From Dehalococcoidia bacterium (GTDB lineage: Bacteria > Chloroflexota > Dehalococcoidia > Plut-88900), in assembly GCA_965249275.1 (NCBI GenBank), contig CBDFLQ010000007.1:256001-320000 (forward strand): DNA of 64,000 nucleotides, read 5' to 3'. Under the pieces are notes generated by a model, which was not told the DNA's origin, did no database searches, and worked only from the letters and a program-made list of their open reading frames with translations. The translations under genes were made by a program, and so were the position numbers. Positions 46,867 through 56,958 of the stretch are shown piece by piece (position 1 is the stretch's first letter; every line of letters begins with the position of its first letter).

Positions 46867-47426
46867 TAACTCCCCTGCAGAATCGAAATAAGCTGTTCTT
46901 TGGTATATCGGCCCCGCTCGAAGTCACCCCTTGTCGCCAGTGTGACGATGCGAGTCCCGGGCTTCTGAATCCCCCGCATGGTCATGCACAGGTGCTCGGC
47001 GTTTAACATCACCACCAACCCGTCCGGCGATACTGCTTCGAATATCGTATCAGCCGCCTGCTGCGTCAACCGCTCCTGCATCTGCGGCCTCCGAGACAGT
47101 ATCTCCACGACTCGGGCCAGTTTGCTCACCCCCGCTACCTTCCCGCTCGGAATGTAGCCTATGTCCGCAGACCCAAAGAAGGGAAGCAGGTGGTGCTCAC
47201 ACATCGAGTAAAAAGGCATGTGCCGCACCATGACCAGGTCGTCATGGTCTGCTTCGAAACTCGCAGCCAGCTCCTTGGAGGGGTCCTGGTCGATTCCCGA
47301 AAACAGCTCTTCATACGCCACCGCCACCCGAGTCGGCGTGTCCAGCAACCCGTTGCTCGGGCTCAGCGCCCCGAGCCCGGCTATTATCTCTCCGACCGCC
47401 TTTTCTATGGCTTCTTTGTCTACCAA
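46866..47426 (-). CDS. folE: GTP cyclohydrolase I
   Basis: TPTRVA, SMCEHHLLPFFG, GVSKLAR, QERLT, EHLCMTMRG. Confidence 0.96.
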   Translation of the reverse strand: MVDKEAIEKAVGEIIAGLGALSPSNGLLDTPTRVAVAYEELFSGIDQDPSKELAASFEADHDDLVMVRHMPFYSMCEHHLLPFFGSADIGYIPSGKVAGVSKLARVVEILSRRPQMQERLTQQAADTIFEAVSPDGLVVMLNAEHLCMTMRGIQKPGTRIVTLATRGDFERGRYTKEQLISILQGS

Positions 47427-47435
47427 CTGTCCATC

Positions 47436-48506
47436 CTAAGTCGCAGACCGGACCCGGCTAAGTCCAAGGACGGACTCAACTCCCTCCACTGTTGGAGGAG
47501 CCTCCAGGAACGTACCTCTGCTCTGCAGGGCAATCTCCTGGTCTTTGAGTCCCGTACCCGTGATCACGCACACCGCCGAGGCCTCGCGAAAATCTTTCCC
47601 GTCCCGCACCATTTTATACAGCCCCGCCACCGAGGCGGCAGAGGCCGGTTCTCCAAATATCCCCTCTTTTTCCGCAATCGTTCGGTAGGCAGCCAGAATC
47701 TCATCGTCAGTGACCTTGTCTATTACCCCACCCGACTCCCTCTCCGCCGCCAGCGCCCCGCTCCAGCTCGCCGGGTTCCCTATTCTGATCGCCGAGGCCA
47801 CAGTTTCGGGGTTCTCTATTGGCTTCCCTTCGACTATTGGAGCAGCCCCGGCAGCCTGAAAACCCATCATCCGCGGCCTGTTCCCCGCCTTCCCCAAATC
47901 TGCATATTCTTTGAAACCCTTCCAGTACGCCGTGATGTTCCCTGCGTTGCCCACGGGCACGAAAAGGTAGTTCGGGGCCTCTCCCAGATCGTCCACTATC
48001 TCGAAGGCTGCCGTCTTCTGTCCTTCTATTCTGTTGGGGTTCAGAGAATTCACGAAGGCCACTTCATAAGTGTCGGTGAGAGTCTGGGCAATGCGTAATA
48101 TCTCGTCGAAACTGCCGTCTACACTGACCAGCTTGGCCCCGTGGACCAGTGCCTGGGAAAGTTTGCCTCTGGCTATCCGACCCTTGGGCGCCAGCACGTA
48201 GGTCGCCAGCCCGAATCGTGCCCCGAACGCCGATGCCGAGGCGCTCGTGTTCCCTGTGGAGGCGCACATGATGGCCTCCGCATTCGCTTCCAGGGCCTTC
48301 GCCACCGCAACTACCATTCCCCGGTCCTTGAAAGAACCCGTGGGGTTGCATCCCTCCAGTTTGAAATAGAGCCTCCCGACACCCAATTCCTTCTCAATCG
48401 TCCTCGAACGCACTAGGGGAGTGCTGCCTTCGCCAATGGTGATCATCGGCGTTGAGCGTGTGAGCGGGAGATATTCGCCGTACCTGCTGAGAACTCCCTG
48501 TCCCAT
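47436..48506 (-). CDS. thrC: Threonine synthase
   Basis: NPTGSFKDRG, CASTGNTSAS, EGQKT, PVGNAGN, TGTGLKD. Confidence 0.96.
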   Translation of the reverse strand: MGQGVLSRYGEYLPLTRSTPMITIGEGSTPLVRSRTIEKELGVGRLYFKLEGCNPTGSFKDRGMVVAVAKALEANAEAIMCASTGNTSASASAFGARFGLATYVLAPKGRIARGKLSQALVHGAKLVSVDGSFDEILRIAQTLTDTYEVAFVNSLNPNRIEGQKTAAFEIVDDLGEAPNYLFVPVGNAGNITAYWKGFKEYADLGKAGNRPRMMGFQAAGAAPIVEGKPIENPETVASAIRIGNPASWSGALAAERESGGVIDKVTDDEILAAYRTIAEKEGIFGEPASAASVAGLYKMVRDGKDFREASAVCVITGTGLKDQEIALQSRGTFLEAPPTVEGVESVLGLSRVRSAT

Positions 48507-48519
48507 CAGTCCCTCTCCC

Positions 48520-49833
48520 TCAACCTTCAACCCGAATCACGTTCCCGATCTCCCTCACGGCCTCGAGCCCCTCCATCCTCCCAACCGAACCCCGCATCGA
48601 CTTCTCCGATGCGGGGTGTGTCATCAATACAATTTCGGCGGTATTGTTCTCGGGGTCCGACCTCTTCTGGATCACCGAGGCCAGGCTTATCTGCATCTCG
48701 TTAAATATCTGCGTTATCTGCGCCAGGACACCATAGGTGTCCTCCACCGTCATCCGCACGTAGAACTGGCTCTCGCTCTCTACCATCGGCCTTATCGCCT
48801 TCGGCACGGCCGACGATACCAGCCACCCGTTGGCCTGGCCCATCGACATCGCCTTGGCGATTCTCAAGACGTCGGAGATAACGGCGCTGGCGGTGGGCTC
48901 GGGGCCCGCACCCCGGCCATATAGCAGTATCCTGCCCGCCACGTCAGTGTCTATCTGGATGGCATTGAAAACACCGTCCACCTTGGCTAACAGCAGGTCT
49001 TCGGGCAGAAGCGTGGGATGCACCCCTACTTGAATCGACTTCCCATCATTCTTGCCTATGGCCAGCAGCTTGATCGCGTACCCCAGCTCCTGGGCGTACT
49101 GAAAGTCCCGCGCCGTTAGCCCAGATATGCCCTCACAATACACGTCCGAGGTTCGTACCTCCGAATGGAAGGCCAGGCTGGCGATTAGGGCCAGCTTGTG
49201 GGCCGAATCCGTCCCTTCTATGTCGGCAGAGGGGTCGGGCTCTGCATAACCCAGCTCCGAGGCCTCCTTCAAGGCCTCCCCAAACTCAATACCCTCTTGC
49301 GACATCCGGGTCAGGATGTAGTTGGTTGTCCCGTTAATGATGGCTGTGATGCCGGTAACTTCGTTGGCAGATAGGTCGTGGTGGAGGGTGCTTATAAGGG
49401 GAATCCCGCCACCTGCGCTGGCCTCATACAGAAGCGCAACGCCTTGACGCTGTGCCAGCCCCGAAAGATCAGGCCCGTGCTTGCCCATCACCTCTTTGTT
49501 GGCCGTCACCACGTGCTTGCCCCTCGACAAGGCGTCACAGATATACTCTCGTGCTGGCTCTTCTCCACCCATCAATTCGACTATTATGTCGACTTCCGGG
49601 TCTTGGAGCAGGTCAGCCGCGTCGGTAGTGAACAGTTCAGGTGCTAGGGAAGCAGGTCTGGGTTTGGACGTGTCTCTTACCAGCGCTCGCCGGATTTCGA
49701 TATAGGCCCCGGGGCCCGCATCCAGGACCCCCGCTTTCTCTTCCAGTACTGCCGCCACCCCACTCCCCACTACCCCAACTCCCATAAGTCCAATCCCGAT
49801 CTTCTTCGATGGGGAAGCTGGTTGGGTGTTCAT
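48520..49833 (-). CDS. hom: Homoserine dehydrogenase with ACT domain
   Basis: GVGVVG, VVTANK, EASAGGGIP, NGTTNYIL, GYAEPDP, GRGAG. Confidence 0.95.
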   Translation of the reverse strand: MNTQPASPSKKIGIGLMGVGVVGSGVAAVLEEKAGVLDAGPGAYIEIRRALVRDTSKPRPASLAPELFTTDAADLLQDPEVDIIVELMGGEEPAREYICDALSRGKHVVTANKEVMGKHGPDLSGLAQRQGVALLYEASAGGGIPLISTLHHDLSANEVTGITAIINGTTNYILTRMSQEGIEFGEALKEASELGYAEPDPSADIEGTDSAHKLALIASLAFHSEVRTSDVYCEGISGLTARDFQYAQELGYAIKLLAIGKNDGKSIQVGVHPTLLPEDLLLAKVDGVFNAIQIDTDVAGRILLYGRGAGPEPTASAVISDVLRIAKAMSMGQANGWLVSSAVPKAIRPMVESESQFYVRMTVEDTYGVLAQITQIFNEMQISLASVIQKRSDPENNTAEIVLMTHPASEKSMRGSVGRMEGLEAVREIGNVIRVEG

Positions 49834-49922
49834 ACTTGGGGATATGCTAAAACGCTGCGGGAATATCCGGCCCTGCTCTCCAGGCGCCGAGGCACGGACC
49901 GTTGTCAAAGTCCTTCGACGCC

Positions 49923-50231
49923 TTACGCAGAGACGACTATTGGGCCGGTGTCCATCGTGTGGGTCGGGGCAATGGGCAGTAAAGCTATGGTCCGGGCCCT
50001 CTTTATGGCCGTGGTCAGCCTGCGCTGGTGCTTTGCGCAGGTGCCGGTCTTCCGCCGGGGCTCGATCTTCGCCCTGTCGGAAATGAAACGTTTCAGTTTC
50101 GTCGGGTCTTTGTATTCTATGGTCTTTACCTTGTCTACGCAGAACGAGCAGACCTTACGCCTGCGTGCGAACCACGTTTTGCCTCCCCGCCGCTCCCTTG
50201 GTGGACCCGATCTCGACCTTGACTGGACCAA
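49923..50231 (-). CDS. rpsR: 30S ribosomal protein S18 (Zn-binding type)
   Basis: [31 protein letters not shown]. Confidence 0.97.
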   Translation of the reverse strand: MVQSRSRSGPPRERRGGKTWFARRRKVCSFCVDKVKTIEYKDPTKLKRFISDRAKIEPRRKTGTCAKHQRRLTTAIKRARTIALLPIAPTHTMDTGPIVVSA

Positions 50232-50307
50232 TTTAGACCATCCCTTTCTCGAACTCGCTCAGAGGCGTGACGTTAGAACTCAGTATGTCTTGACTTGATT
50301 GGGCGCG

Positions 50308-50712
50308 CTAGAAGGGCAGGTCCTCATCCCCGACTCCGGTATTCTCCCCGTACGCCTCGTCCCCAGGGACGGTTACCACGGGTTGCCGGTCCAGGAACAG
50401 GACTCGGTCGGCTATGATCTCGTTCGTGAATCTGGTCTGGCCGTCGCGGCCCTCCCAGGTATCGCTCTTCAGCCTGCCTTCTACGTAGACCCGCTTGCCC
50501 TTTTGTAAGAATTGATTGCAGGACTCGGCCTGCTGGTTCCAGGCGACTACCCTGAACCACTCGGTCTCCTGCCGCCGCTCACCACCTTTTGGTGTGTAGG
50601 ACCTGCTCACCGCAATTCGAAATGAAGTTACGGCGTTGCCGTTGGGGGTGTACCGCATCTCGGGGTCCGTCCCCAGGTTGCCGATCACCATCATCTTGTT
50701 CAAGCCAACCAT
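50308..50712 (-). CDS. ssb: Single-stranded DNA-binding protein
   Basis: IGNLGTDPEMRYTP, VEGRL, C-terminal DLPF. Confidence 0.97.
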   Translation of the reverse strand: MVGLNKMMVIGNLGTDPEMRYTPNGNAVTSFRIAVSRSYTPKGGERRQETEWFRVVAWNQQAESCNQFLQKGKRVYVEGRLKSDTWEGRDGQTRFTNEIIADRVLFLDRQPVVTVPGDEAYGENTGVGDEDLPF

Positions 50713-50714
50713 GA

Positions 50715-51233
50715 TTACGGCTCTCCTTTAACCTCCGCCTCCGGCTGCTCTGCAGCCTCGGCAGTCGGCTTCTCAGCGCCTCCCGACTCTTCCGCCGTTG
50801 CCGGCTCTGACGCCTCTTCTGCAGGCGGCTCAGCCGCGGGCGCCTCAGCTACGGGGGCTTCTGCAGGTGCCGCGGACTCAGCGGGTTTCGCTGGGGTCAC
50901 CACCGCAACCGGCTTGGGTGGCTCTTGGGCAGCCTTCTGAAACTCCGCCTCATCCACCTTGATTACCATGTGTTTAAGCACTTCCTGGGCAAGAACGAGG
51001 TCCGCCTCCAATTCGGAAGCGTGCTGCGGTTCCAGGGCAAAAGTCGTGAGCAGGTAGTGGGCCTCAGTGTGTCTCTGGAGAGGGTAGGCCAGTCGGCGTC
51101 TTCCCCATCTCTGGACCCGAGCTATCGAGCCGCCCCTGGAGGTGATGAACTCATTGATCTTTTCCGACGTTTTCGGCACATCCTCGTCCGCAATCTGCGG
51201 ATCGACGATGGTTACTATCTCATAGCCTTGCAA
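50715..51233 (-). CDS. rpsF: 30S ribosomal protein S6 with long Ala/Glu/Pro-rich tail
   Basis: YEIVTIVDP, WGRRRLAYP; rpsF-ssb-rpsR order. Confidence 0.95.
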   Translation of the reverse strand: MQGYEIVTIVDPQIADEDVPKTSEKINEFITSRGGSIARVQRWGRRRLAYPLQRHTEAHYLLTTFALEPQHASELEADLVLAQEVLKHMVIKVDEAEFQKAAQEPPKPVAVVTPAKPAESAAPAEAPVAEAPAAEPPAEEASEPATAEESGGAEKPTAEAAEQPEAEVKGEP

Positions 51234-51278
51234 GGGCGAACTCCCACTACTATAAAATCTGGTTTTTGGCCGAAAGGC

Positions 51279-51287
51279 ATTATAGCA
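51279..51287 (-). promoter_or_regulatory. Extended -10 promoter for rpsF operon
   Basis: TGCTATAAT on the minus strand about 45 bp upstream of rpsF. Confidence 0.5.
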
Positions 51288-51314
51288 TAGGCCCCACAGC
51301 CCCTAGTCCCGCGC

Positions 51315-52559
51315 CTAGTAGTCAATCCCCGGCACCGGGAACCGAGACGTCAACTCTCCAACGGCGTCCGTGACCTCTGCCTTTACCCTCTCGTCGTCTA
51401 TGTTTGTAACCACCCGATACATCAGCCGAGCGATTTCGGCCATTTCGTTGGGTCCGAAACCTCTGCTGGTCACCGCCGGAGTCCCGACCCGCAACCCGCT
51501 CGTGATCCGGGGCGGACGTGGATCGTTGGGTATCGCGTTCTTGTTGGCCGTGATGTTCACGGCGTCCAACGCTTCTTCGGCCTCTTTCCCAGTGAGCCCC
51601 AACGCCGACACGTCCACCAGCATCAAGTGCGTGTCCGTTCCCCCCGACACAATTCTGAACCCCAACTCTTGAAGCTGGTTCGCCAGAATTCGGGCATTGT
51701 CCACCACGGACTGCTGATACTGCTTGAACTCGGGCCTCAGGGCCTCCCCGAAGGCCACCGCCTTGGCCGCAATTGCGTGCATGAACGGGCCGCCCTGCAT
51801 TCGGGGAAATACCCCCTTGTCTATGGAACTCGCCAGGTCCTTGTTGCACATGATCATCGCCCCACGCGGGCCCCGCAGGGTCTTGTGGGTGGTCGTAGTG
51901 ACTACCTGGGCATGAGGTACGCACGAAGGGTGCACACCAGCAGCCACCAGCCCTGCGATGTGGGCCATGTCTACCATCAGCAGCGCCCCGACTTCGTCGG
52001 CTATCTGACGAAAACGTGCAAAGTCAATTATCCGCGGGTATGCCGTGGCCCCAGTCACAATGATTTTGGGCCGGTGCTCCCGTGCCAGCCTGTCCACCTC
52101 GTCGTAGTCAATTAGCTCGGTATCGGGATCGAGACCATAGGAGACGAAGTTGTAATAGCGTCCGGAGAAGTTTACGGGGCTTCCGTGAGTTAGGTGTCCC
52201 CCTTGGTCCAGACGCAGTCCCATGACCGTGTCCCCCGGCTCGAGAAGGGAGAAATAGACGCCCATGTTGGCCTGGGCCCCTGCATGGGGCTGGACATTGA
52301 CGTGCTCGGCCCCGAATAGCTCCTTGGCCCTTTCGATGGCGAGGGTCTCGGCCTGGTCCACGAACTCACAGCCACCGTAGTACCTTTTGCCAGGATAGCC
52401 CTCGGCATACTTGTTGGTCAGGATGGAGCCCTGGGCTTCCATTACCGCCCGGCTCGCGTAGTTCTCCGAGGCGATCAGCACGATCTTTCGCTTCTGCCTC
52501 TCCGCCTCCGCATCTATTATTCGCTTAATCTCGGCGTCTTGTTCCAATAGAGTAGTCAT
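51315..52559 (-). CDS. glyA: Serine hydroxymethyltransferase
   Basis: [40 protein letters not shown]. Confidence 0.98.
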   Translation of the reverse strand: MTTLLEQDAEIKRIIDAEAERQKRKIVLIASENYASRAVMEAQGSILTNKYAEGYPGKRYYGGCEFVDQAETLAIERAKELFGAEHVNVQPHAGAQANMGVYFSLLEPGDTVMGLRLDQGGHLTHGSPVNFSGRYYNFVSYGLDPDTELIDYDEVDRLAREHRPKIIVTGATAYPRIIDFARFRQIADEVGALLMVDMAHIAGLVAAGVHPSCVPHAQVVTTTTHKTLRGPRGAMIMCNKDLASSIDKGVFPRMQGGPFMHAIAAKAVAFGEALRPEFKQYQQSVVDNARILANQLQELGFRIVSGGTDTHLMLVDVSALGLTGKEAEEALDAVNITANKNAIPNDPRPPRITSGLRVGTPAVTSRGFGPNEMAEIARLMYRVVTNIDDERVKAEVTDAVGELTSRFPVPGIDY

Positions 52560-52754
52560 GTCGCCTCTGTTCTAGGGCTTGCAGCAAGTGGCCGCTCCCA
52601 TGAAATAAGGCACTTCCTGAAGAGAGTGCCTGCCTGAATCGGGAGCTATGGCCCGGCCCACGCCGCAGGGCCCGTGGTCTCTTTTCCTTGGCTAAAAATT
52701 CTATCTCACGCTAGTTAGGAGAGTCAATGAAAATGACTGTCCTACCCTCACTCC

Positions 52755-52825
52755 GTAGGGGCTGCCGGCCGGTCACCCTCCCAGGCTCCCTATGTAGGGG
52801 CTACCGGCCGGTAGCCCTCCCAGGC
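52755..52825. repeat. Tandem pair of GTAG-type REP-like palindromes
   Basis: gtaggggctgccggccggtcaccctcccaggc (52755-52786) and gtaggggctaccggccggtagccctcccaggc (52794-52825). Confidence 0.7.
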
Positions 52826-53893
52826 CGCATCAATAAGCGCCAGCATCCCCCCCGACACCAGAGAATGCCCCCCCAAAACCACCGGAATCGCCGCCTCCCT
52901 TGCCCCGAGCGTGAACTCCCGCAGCCACGGGTCAGCCACCGACTCTGCTTCCAACATGTCCGAATAAAACCTGTCGGAGGCCGAGAAGCTCTTTCCTGCG
53001 TGATTGAATATCACCCTCGTATCAAGAAACGCCGTATCCCCCATTTCTGATAGCTTGTCGAAAAAACCACTCACACCTGACGAGTCAAGCAAATAGCCCA
53101 GCATCGACTTTCCACCCCACCCGTCGGACCGCATCCCTCTCCCCTCCGACACCACCCGGCACCGGCACGCCGTGTCCGTCTCCAGCCTCGACCACACGAA
53201 GCTCCCCACCCGACCCGCCACCGTGACTCGTGCCTCCTTGTCCGTGAAACAGGCTATCGCCCTCTTGAGTTGCCTTGTTTGCAATTCAGTGGCAACTAGG
53301 GCCCGTCTCAAATTTTCTGGCAATCGAGGGTATAGTGACAGCACGGCCAAGTCGGTTGGCGTGTCCACGTCCATGAGCGTCTCGATGCCCTTGTCCAGGG
53401 CCACGGCATCGAGACCCGCGTGGTCCCTCAGTAAACGCGGCAGGGGATTGTCGATTTCCGGCAAGAGTATCCTGTCCAGGGCATCCACAGGTGTAAACGC
53501 CGTCATGTCCCCCGAATACAGGTTGTTGGATATCACGATATCCGAGCCTTCCACGAGCCGCTTCGCCACCTCCCCGAACAGCGACTCTGACGCCAAGGGC
53601 ATCGACCCACCCCCGAGGCAGCAGGCCCGGTCCGCGCCCTGCTTCCGCAGCACGTCTCTCAAACACCGCCCGAAATGGAACGGCTCCGGCGACCTCTCAA
53701 CTTCCACATTTGGAAGCTTTATGTCGAGCAGCTCGGGCTCATTCGTGACTAGAACGTGCCTGTCGAATCCCCCACACCCCACCGCCTTCCTCAGGTTCTC
53801 AACCGCTATCGCCCTCTGCGCCGAGGCCAGCGCCCGCTCCGGAGCGCTCTCTCCCCACCCCCCAACAAACGTCACGAAAACCGAGTTTCCCAT
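52790..53893 (-). CDS. Hypothetical protein with CofC/GT-A-like nucleotidyltransferase N-domain
   Basis: FHFG, GGGSMPL, SNNLYSGD, DVDTPTDL motif; C-terminal GGHSLVSGG. Confidence 0.65.
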   Translation of the reverse strand: MGNSVFVTFVGGWGESAPERALASAQRAIAVENLRKAVGCGGFDRHVLVTNEPELLDIKLPNVEVERSPEPFHFGRCLRDVLRKQGADRACCLGGGSMPLASESLFGEVAKRLVEGSDIVISNNLYSGDMTAFTPVDALDRILLPEIDNPLPRLLRDHAGLDAVALDKGIETLMDVDTPTDLAVLSLYPRLPENLRRALVATELQTRQLKRAIACFTDKEARVTVAGRVGSFVWSRLETDTACRCRVVSEGRGMRSDGWGGKSMLGYLLDSSGVSGFFDKLSEMGDTAFLDTRVIFNHAGKSFSASDRFYSDMLEAESVADPWLREFTLGAREAAIPVVLGGHSLVSGGMLALIDAAWEGYRPVAPT

Positions 53894-53904
53894 CTCCGCC
53901 TTTC

Positions 53905-54612
53905 TTACAGCTCCCTCGCCACCGTAACACCCCACACCTCCGTTGCACCGGCCCTTTTCAGCGCGGCCGCACAGGCCCGAAGCGTTGCCCCCGTGGTGGT
54001 GACGTCATCGATCACTGCGATCTTCCGGCCCTCGAGACCGCCCGGCTCGCACTGGAACGCCCGAGCCACGTTCGCCCGCCTTTCGTCGGCTGTCGAGGCC
54101 CGTGCCTGGGGCCCGGCATATGTGACTCGCCTCAGCCGTCGCTCATCCACATCTACTCCCAACGCCTCTCCCAAATGCTTAGCGATTATCTGGGCTTGAT
54201 TGTAGCCCCGCTTCCGCAGCCTCCGCTTGTGGAGTGGGACCGGAGCCAACAAATCAAACTCCAACCCATCCTGGCTCACCATGTCCGCAACGTATCCCGA
54301 TAACGTGCCCGCAACCGACCGCAGATTGGCATATTTGAGCGCCAGTACCGCCTCCCTTACCGGGCTCTCGAACTCAAACGCCGACCTCATCCCGTCCAGC
54401 GGCCACACGCGCGTCGCCTCAGCGATGCAGAGACACGGGTTCGGGCCAGGATTCCCGCACCTGTGGCACCGCGGCGCCCTGATGGTCGGCAACTTCGATT
54501 CGCATTCCGCACATATAAACGCCCCCGACCTGTCGCACGCCACACAGCGTCGCGGGAATACCAAGTCCAGGAACGAGTCCTTAGCGTCTGAGATTACGTT
54601 CGAAAGGCTGAT
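53905..54612 (-). CDS. comF: ComF family protein (zinc ribbon + PRTase); probable ATC start
   Basis: LDLVFPRRCVAC, PVPLH..RGYNQA, IDDVTTTGATL; ATC at 54612 after GAGGT (TTG 54564 alternative). Confidence 0.9.
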   Translation of the reverse strand: MSLSNVISDAKDSFLDLVFPRRCVACDRSGAFICAECESKLPTIRAPRCHRCGNPGPNPCLCIAEATRVWPLDGMRSAFEFESPVREAVLALKYANLRSVAGTLSGYVADMVSQDGLEFDLLAPVPLHKRRLRKRGYNQAQIIAKHLGEALGVDVDERRLRRVTYAGPQARASTADERRANVARAFQCEPGGLEGRKIAVIDDVTTTGATLRACAAALKRAGATEVWGVTVAREL

Positions 54613-54734
54613 GTGCTACCTCAACTGGTAAACGTTGAACCAAATTGGCTTGAAGCTCAATTATAGCCACCGTTGTATACTCCCCATTACATTTTCTGCC
54701 ATCGTCCCCCCCACAGGAGGCACGCGAGTCCCCA

Positions 54735-55445
54735 ATGTTCAAGGCCGTCTTCTTCGACCTCTACAACACCCTCGCCAAGTTTGACCCCGCCCGAGAAGAG
54801 CTCCAGCAGCAGGTCTGCGCAGAATACGGTATCCAGATCACCCAGGACGGCATCATCAAGGGCTACGCTACCGCCGACGACTTCATGGCGCGGGAGAATG
54901 GCAAGCATCACCTCGCCAAGCGCACCGAGGAAGCACGCAAGGAATTCTTCGCCGAATACGAACGTCTAATCCTCCTCGGCGCGGGCATCGACGTTCCTGC
55001 TCCCCTTGCCGGCGACATCTTTCAGAAAATCCAGACAATCCCCTACCACCTCGCCCTTTATGACGACGCCCTCCCCTGCATTCAAGCCCTCAAGTCGCGG
55101 GGAGCGATAGTTGGCATGATCACCAACATATATGCTGACCTGCACCGCACCTGCGCCCGACTCGGCCTGACGGACTGCCTCGATTTCTGGGTCACGTCCA
55201 AAGAGGCCGGCTCCGAAAAGCCCCACCCTGCAATCTTCGAAATGGCCCTCTCCAAGGCCGGCGTCCCCGCTCCCCAGGCCGTACACGTCGGTGACCAGTA
55301 CTACTCGGATGTCACCGGGGCACGGGGCGTGGGCATTACGCCTGTCCTCATTGATAGGGCTGGACTGTCCAGCAACATGGACTGCACCGTGGTCCAAGGG
55401 CTGTGCGAGGTTCCCGACCTGCTTCTGTCCACTCCCACTTCCTAG
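54735..55445 (+). CDS. HAD-superfamily hydrolase
   Basis: FDLYNTL, ITN, EKPHPAIF, HVGDQYYSD. Confidence 0.9.
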   Translation: MFKAVFFDLYNTLAKFDPAREELQQQVCAEYGIQITQDGIIKGYATADDFMARENGKHHLAKRTEEARKEFFAEYERLILLGAGIDVPAPLAGDIFQKIQTIPYHLALYDDALPCIQALKSRGAIVGMITNIYADLHRTCARLGLTDCLDFWVTSKEAGSEKPHPAIFEMALSKAGVPAPQAVHVGDQYYSDVTGARGVGITPVLIDRAGLSSNMDCTVVQGLCEVPDLLLSTPTS

Positions 55446-55560
55446 AGCCTTGCGCCTCGTCCTCTCCTGACCTACAGTATTGTCAGGAGTAAGGCCCGGA
55501 CATCGGCTTCCCTCCGGTCTCTATCTAAGATTGCTGACGAGCCGGGCCGGATGGGCAGTT

Positions 55561-56958
55561 ATGGGCGGCCAAGGCCGGTTAGTAGTAGTCTCCAACAGGG
55601 CCCCTTCCGTATCGACGCCCTCCACCACGGAAGAGCGGCGAAACCTCCCCGTCGGTGGGCTGGTCAGCGCCCTCCGTCCTGCCCTCGAAAGCCGAGACGG
55701 CCTCTGGATGGGCTGGAGCGGGGAGACCGAGGTCGCAAATAGCGATGCCCGACTCTCAATCTCGGAAGTAGAGGGCATCAGCCTCGCCTCCTTATCCCTT
55801 TCCCGGGATGAAGTCGAGCACTTCTACGACATCTTCTCGAACCAAACCCTCTGGCCTCTCCTCCACTCCTTCCCCGGCAAGGCAACCATCCGCCACGACA
55901 GCTACCAAGTCTACCGCAGCGTTAACCGCAAATACGCCGCCGCCCTAATCGACCTCCTGAAGCCCGGCGACCTGGTCTGGGTCCACGACTACCACCTTTT
56001 CCCCCTGGGCCGAGAACTTAGGAAGCTCGGATGGACGGGTAAAATCGGCTTCTTCCTCCACAGCCCCTTTCCACCGTCTGAAATCTTCGGCATCCTCCCC
56101 TGGGCCCGAAAGCTCCTCACCCGCCTCTTCGACTACGACATCGTCGGCCTGCAGACCCGTAAGTATGCCCACAACCTTCAGGAGTCGATGGGCGACGAGA
56201 TCAGAGCAGTGCTAATCGGAGATACCCTTCACTATCGGGACCGTACCCTCAAAGTCCGCTCCTACCCCGTCAGCACCGACGTAGAATCCTTCCGCTCAAT
56301 GGCCCTGAACAAAGACCCAAGCCCCGTCGTGGAATTCCTCGAAGACTACTCAAAGGACAGGAAAATCCTTCTTGGAGTCGACCGTCTTGACTACACCAAA
56401 GGAATCGCCCTGCGGATGCAGGCCATGGAACGTCTGCTGGACACCCACCCCAAACTTCGTGGGAAAGTCACTCTAATCCAGATTTCGGCGCCCAGCCGAG
56501 TCAACGTCCCTGAATACGCCCAGGAACGCGCCCAACTCGACTCCCTTGTCGGCCAAATCAACGGCAAGTTCGGAGAGGCCCACTGGATGCCCATTCACCC
56601 CCTCCACCGTTCCTATTCGCAGCAAGACTTGGCCCACTTCTACCGGGAAGCCGACGCCTGTCTCGTCACCCCTCTTCGAGATGGGATGAACCTGGTGGCC
56701 AAGGAGTTTGTCGCCTCCCAGACATCCGACCCCGGAGTCCTCGTCCTCTCCCGCTTCTGCGGCGCCGCAGAAACGATGCAGGACGCCTTGATGGTCAATC
56801 CCTACGACGTTCAGCGCACTTCAGCCATGATTCACCGCTCCCTGACTATGAAAAAGGAAGAACGTCAGCGCCGCTGGCAAGCTCTTTTCCAGGGCATAAG
56901 CAGGCACACCGCCGAAGACTGGTGCTACGGTTTCCTCTCCGACCTCGGAGACGAATAG
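55561..56958 (+). CDS. otsA: Trehalose-6-phosphate synthase (GT20)
   Basis: [38 protein letters not shown]. Confidence 0.92.
   Translation: MGGQGRLVVVSNRAPSVSTPSTTEERRNLPVGGLVSALRPALESRDGLWMGWSGETEVANSDARLSISEVEGISLASLSLSRDEVEHFYDIFSNQTLWPLLHSFPGKATIRHDSYQVYRSVNRKYAAALIDLLKPGDLVWVHDYHLFPLGRELRKLGWTGKIGFFLHSPFPPSEIFGILPWARKLLTRLFDYDIVGLQTRKYAHNLQESMGDEIRAVLIGDTLHYRDRTLKVRSYPVSTDVESFRSMALNKDPSPVVEFLEDYSKDRKILLGVDRLDYTKGIALRMQAMERLLDTHPKLRGKVTLIQISAPSRVNVPEYAQERAQLDSLVGQINGKFGEAHWMPIHPLHRSYSQQDLAHFYREADACLVTPLRDGMNLVAKEFVASQTSDPGVLVLSRFCGAAETMQDALMVNPYDVQRTSAMIHRSLTMKKEERQRRWQALFQGISRHTAEDWCYGFLSDLGDE

Noticed and set aside
52572-52692. ZTP or glycine riboswitch upstream of glyA
   Set aside because: Consensus motifs not found by eye; kept only as an unknown structured leader.
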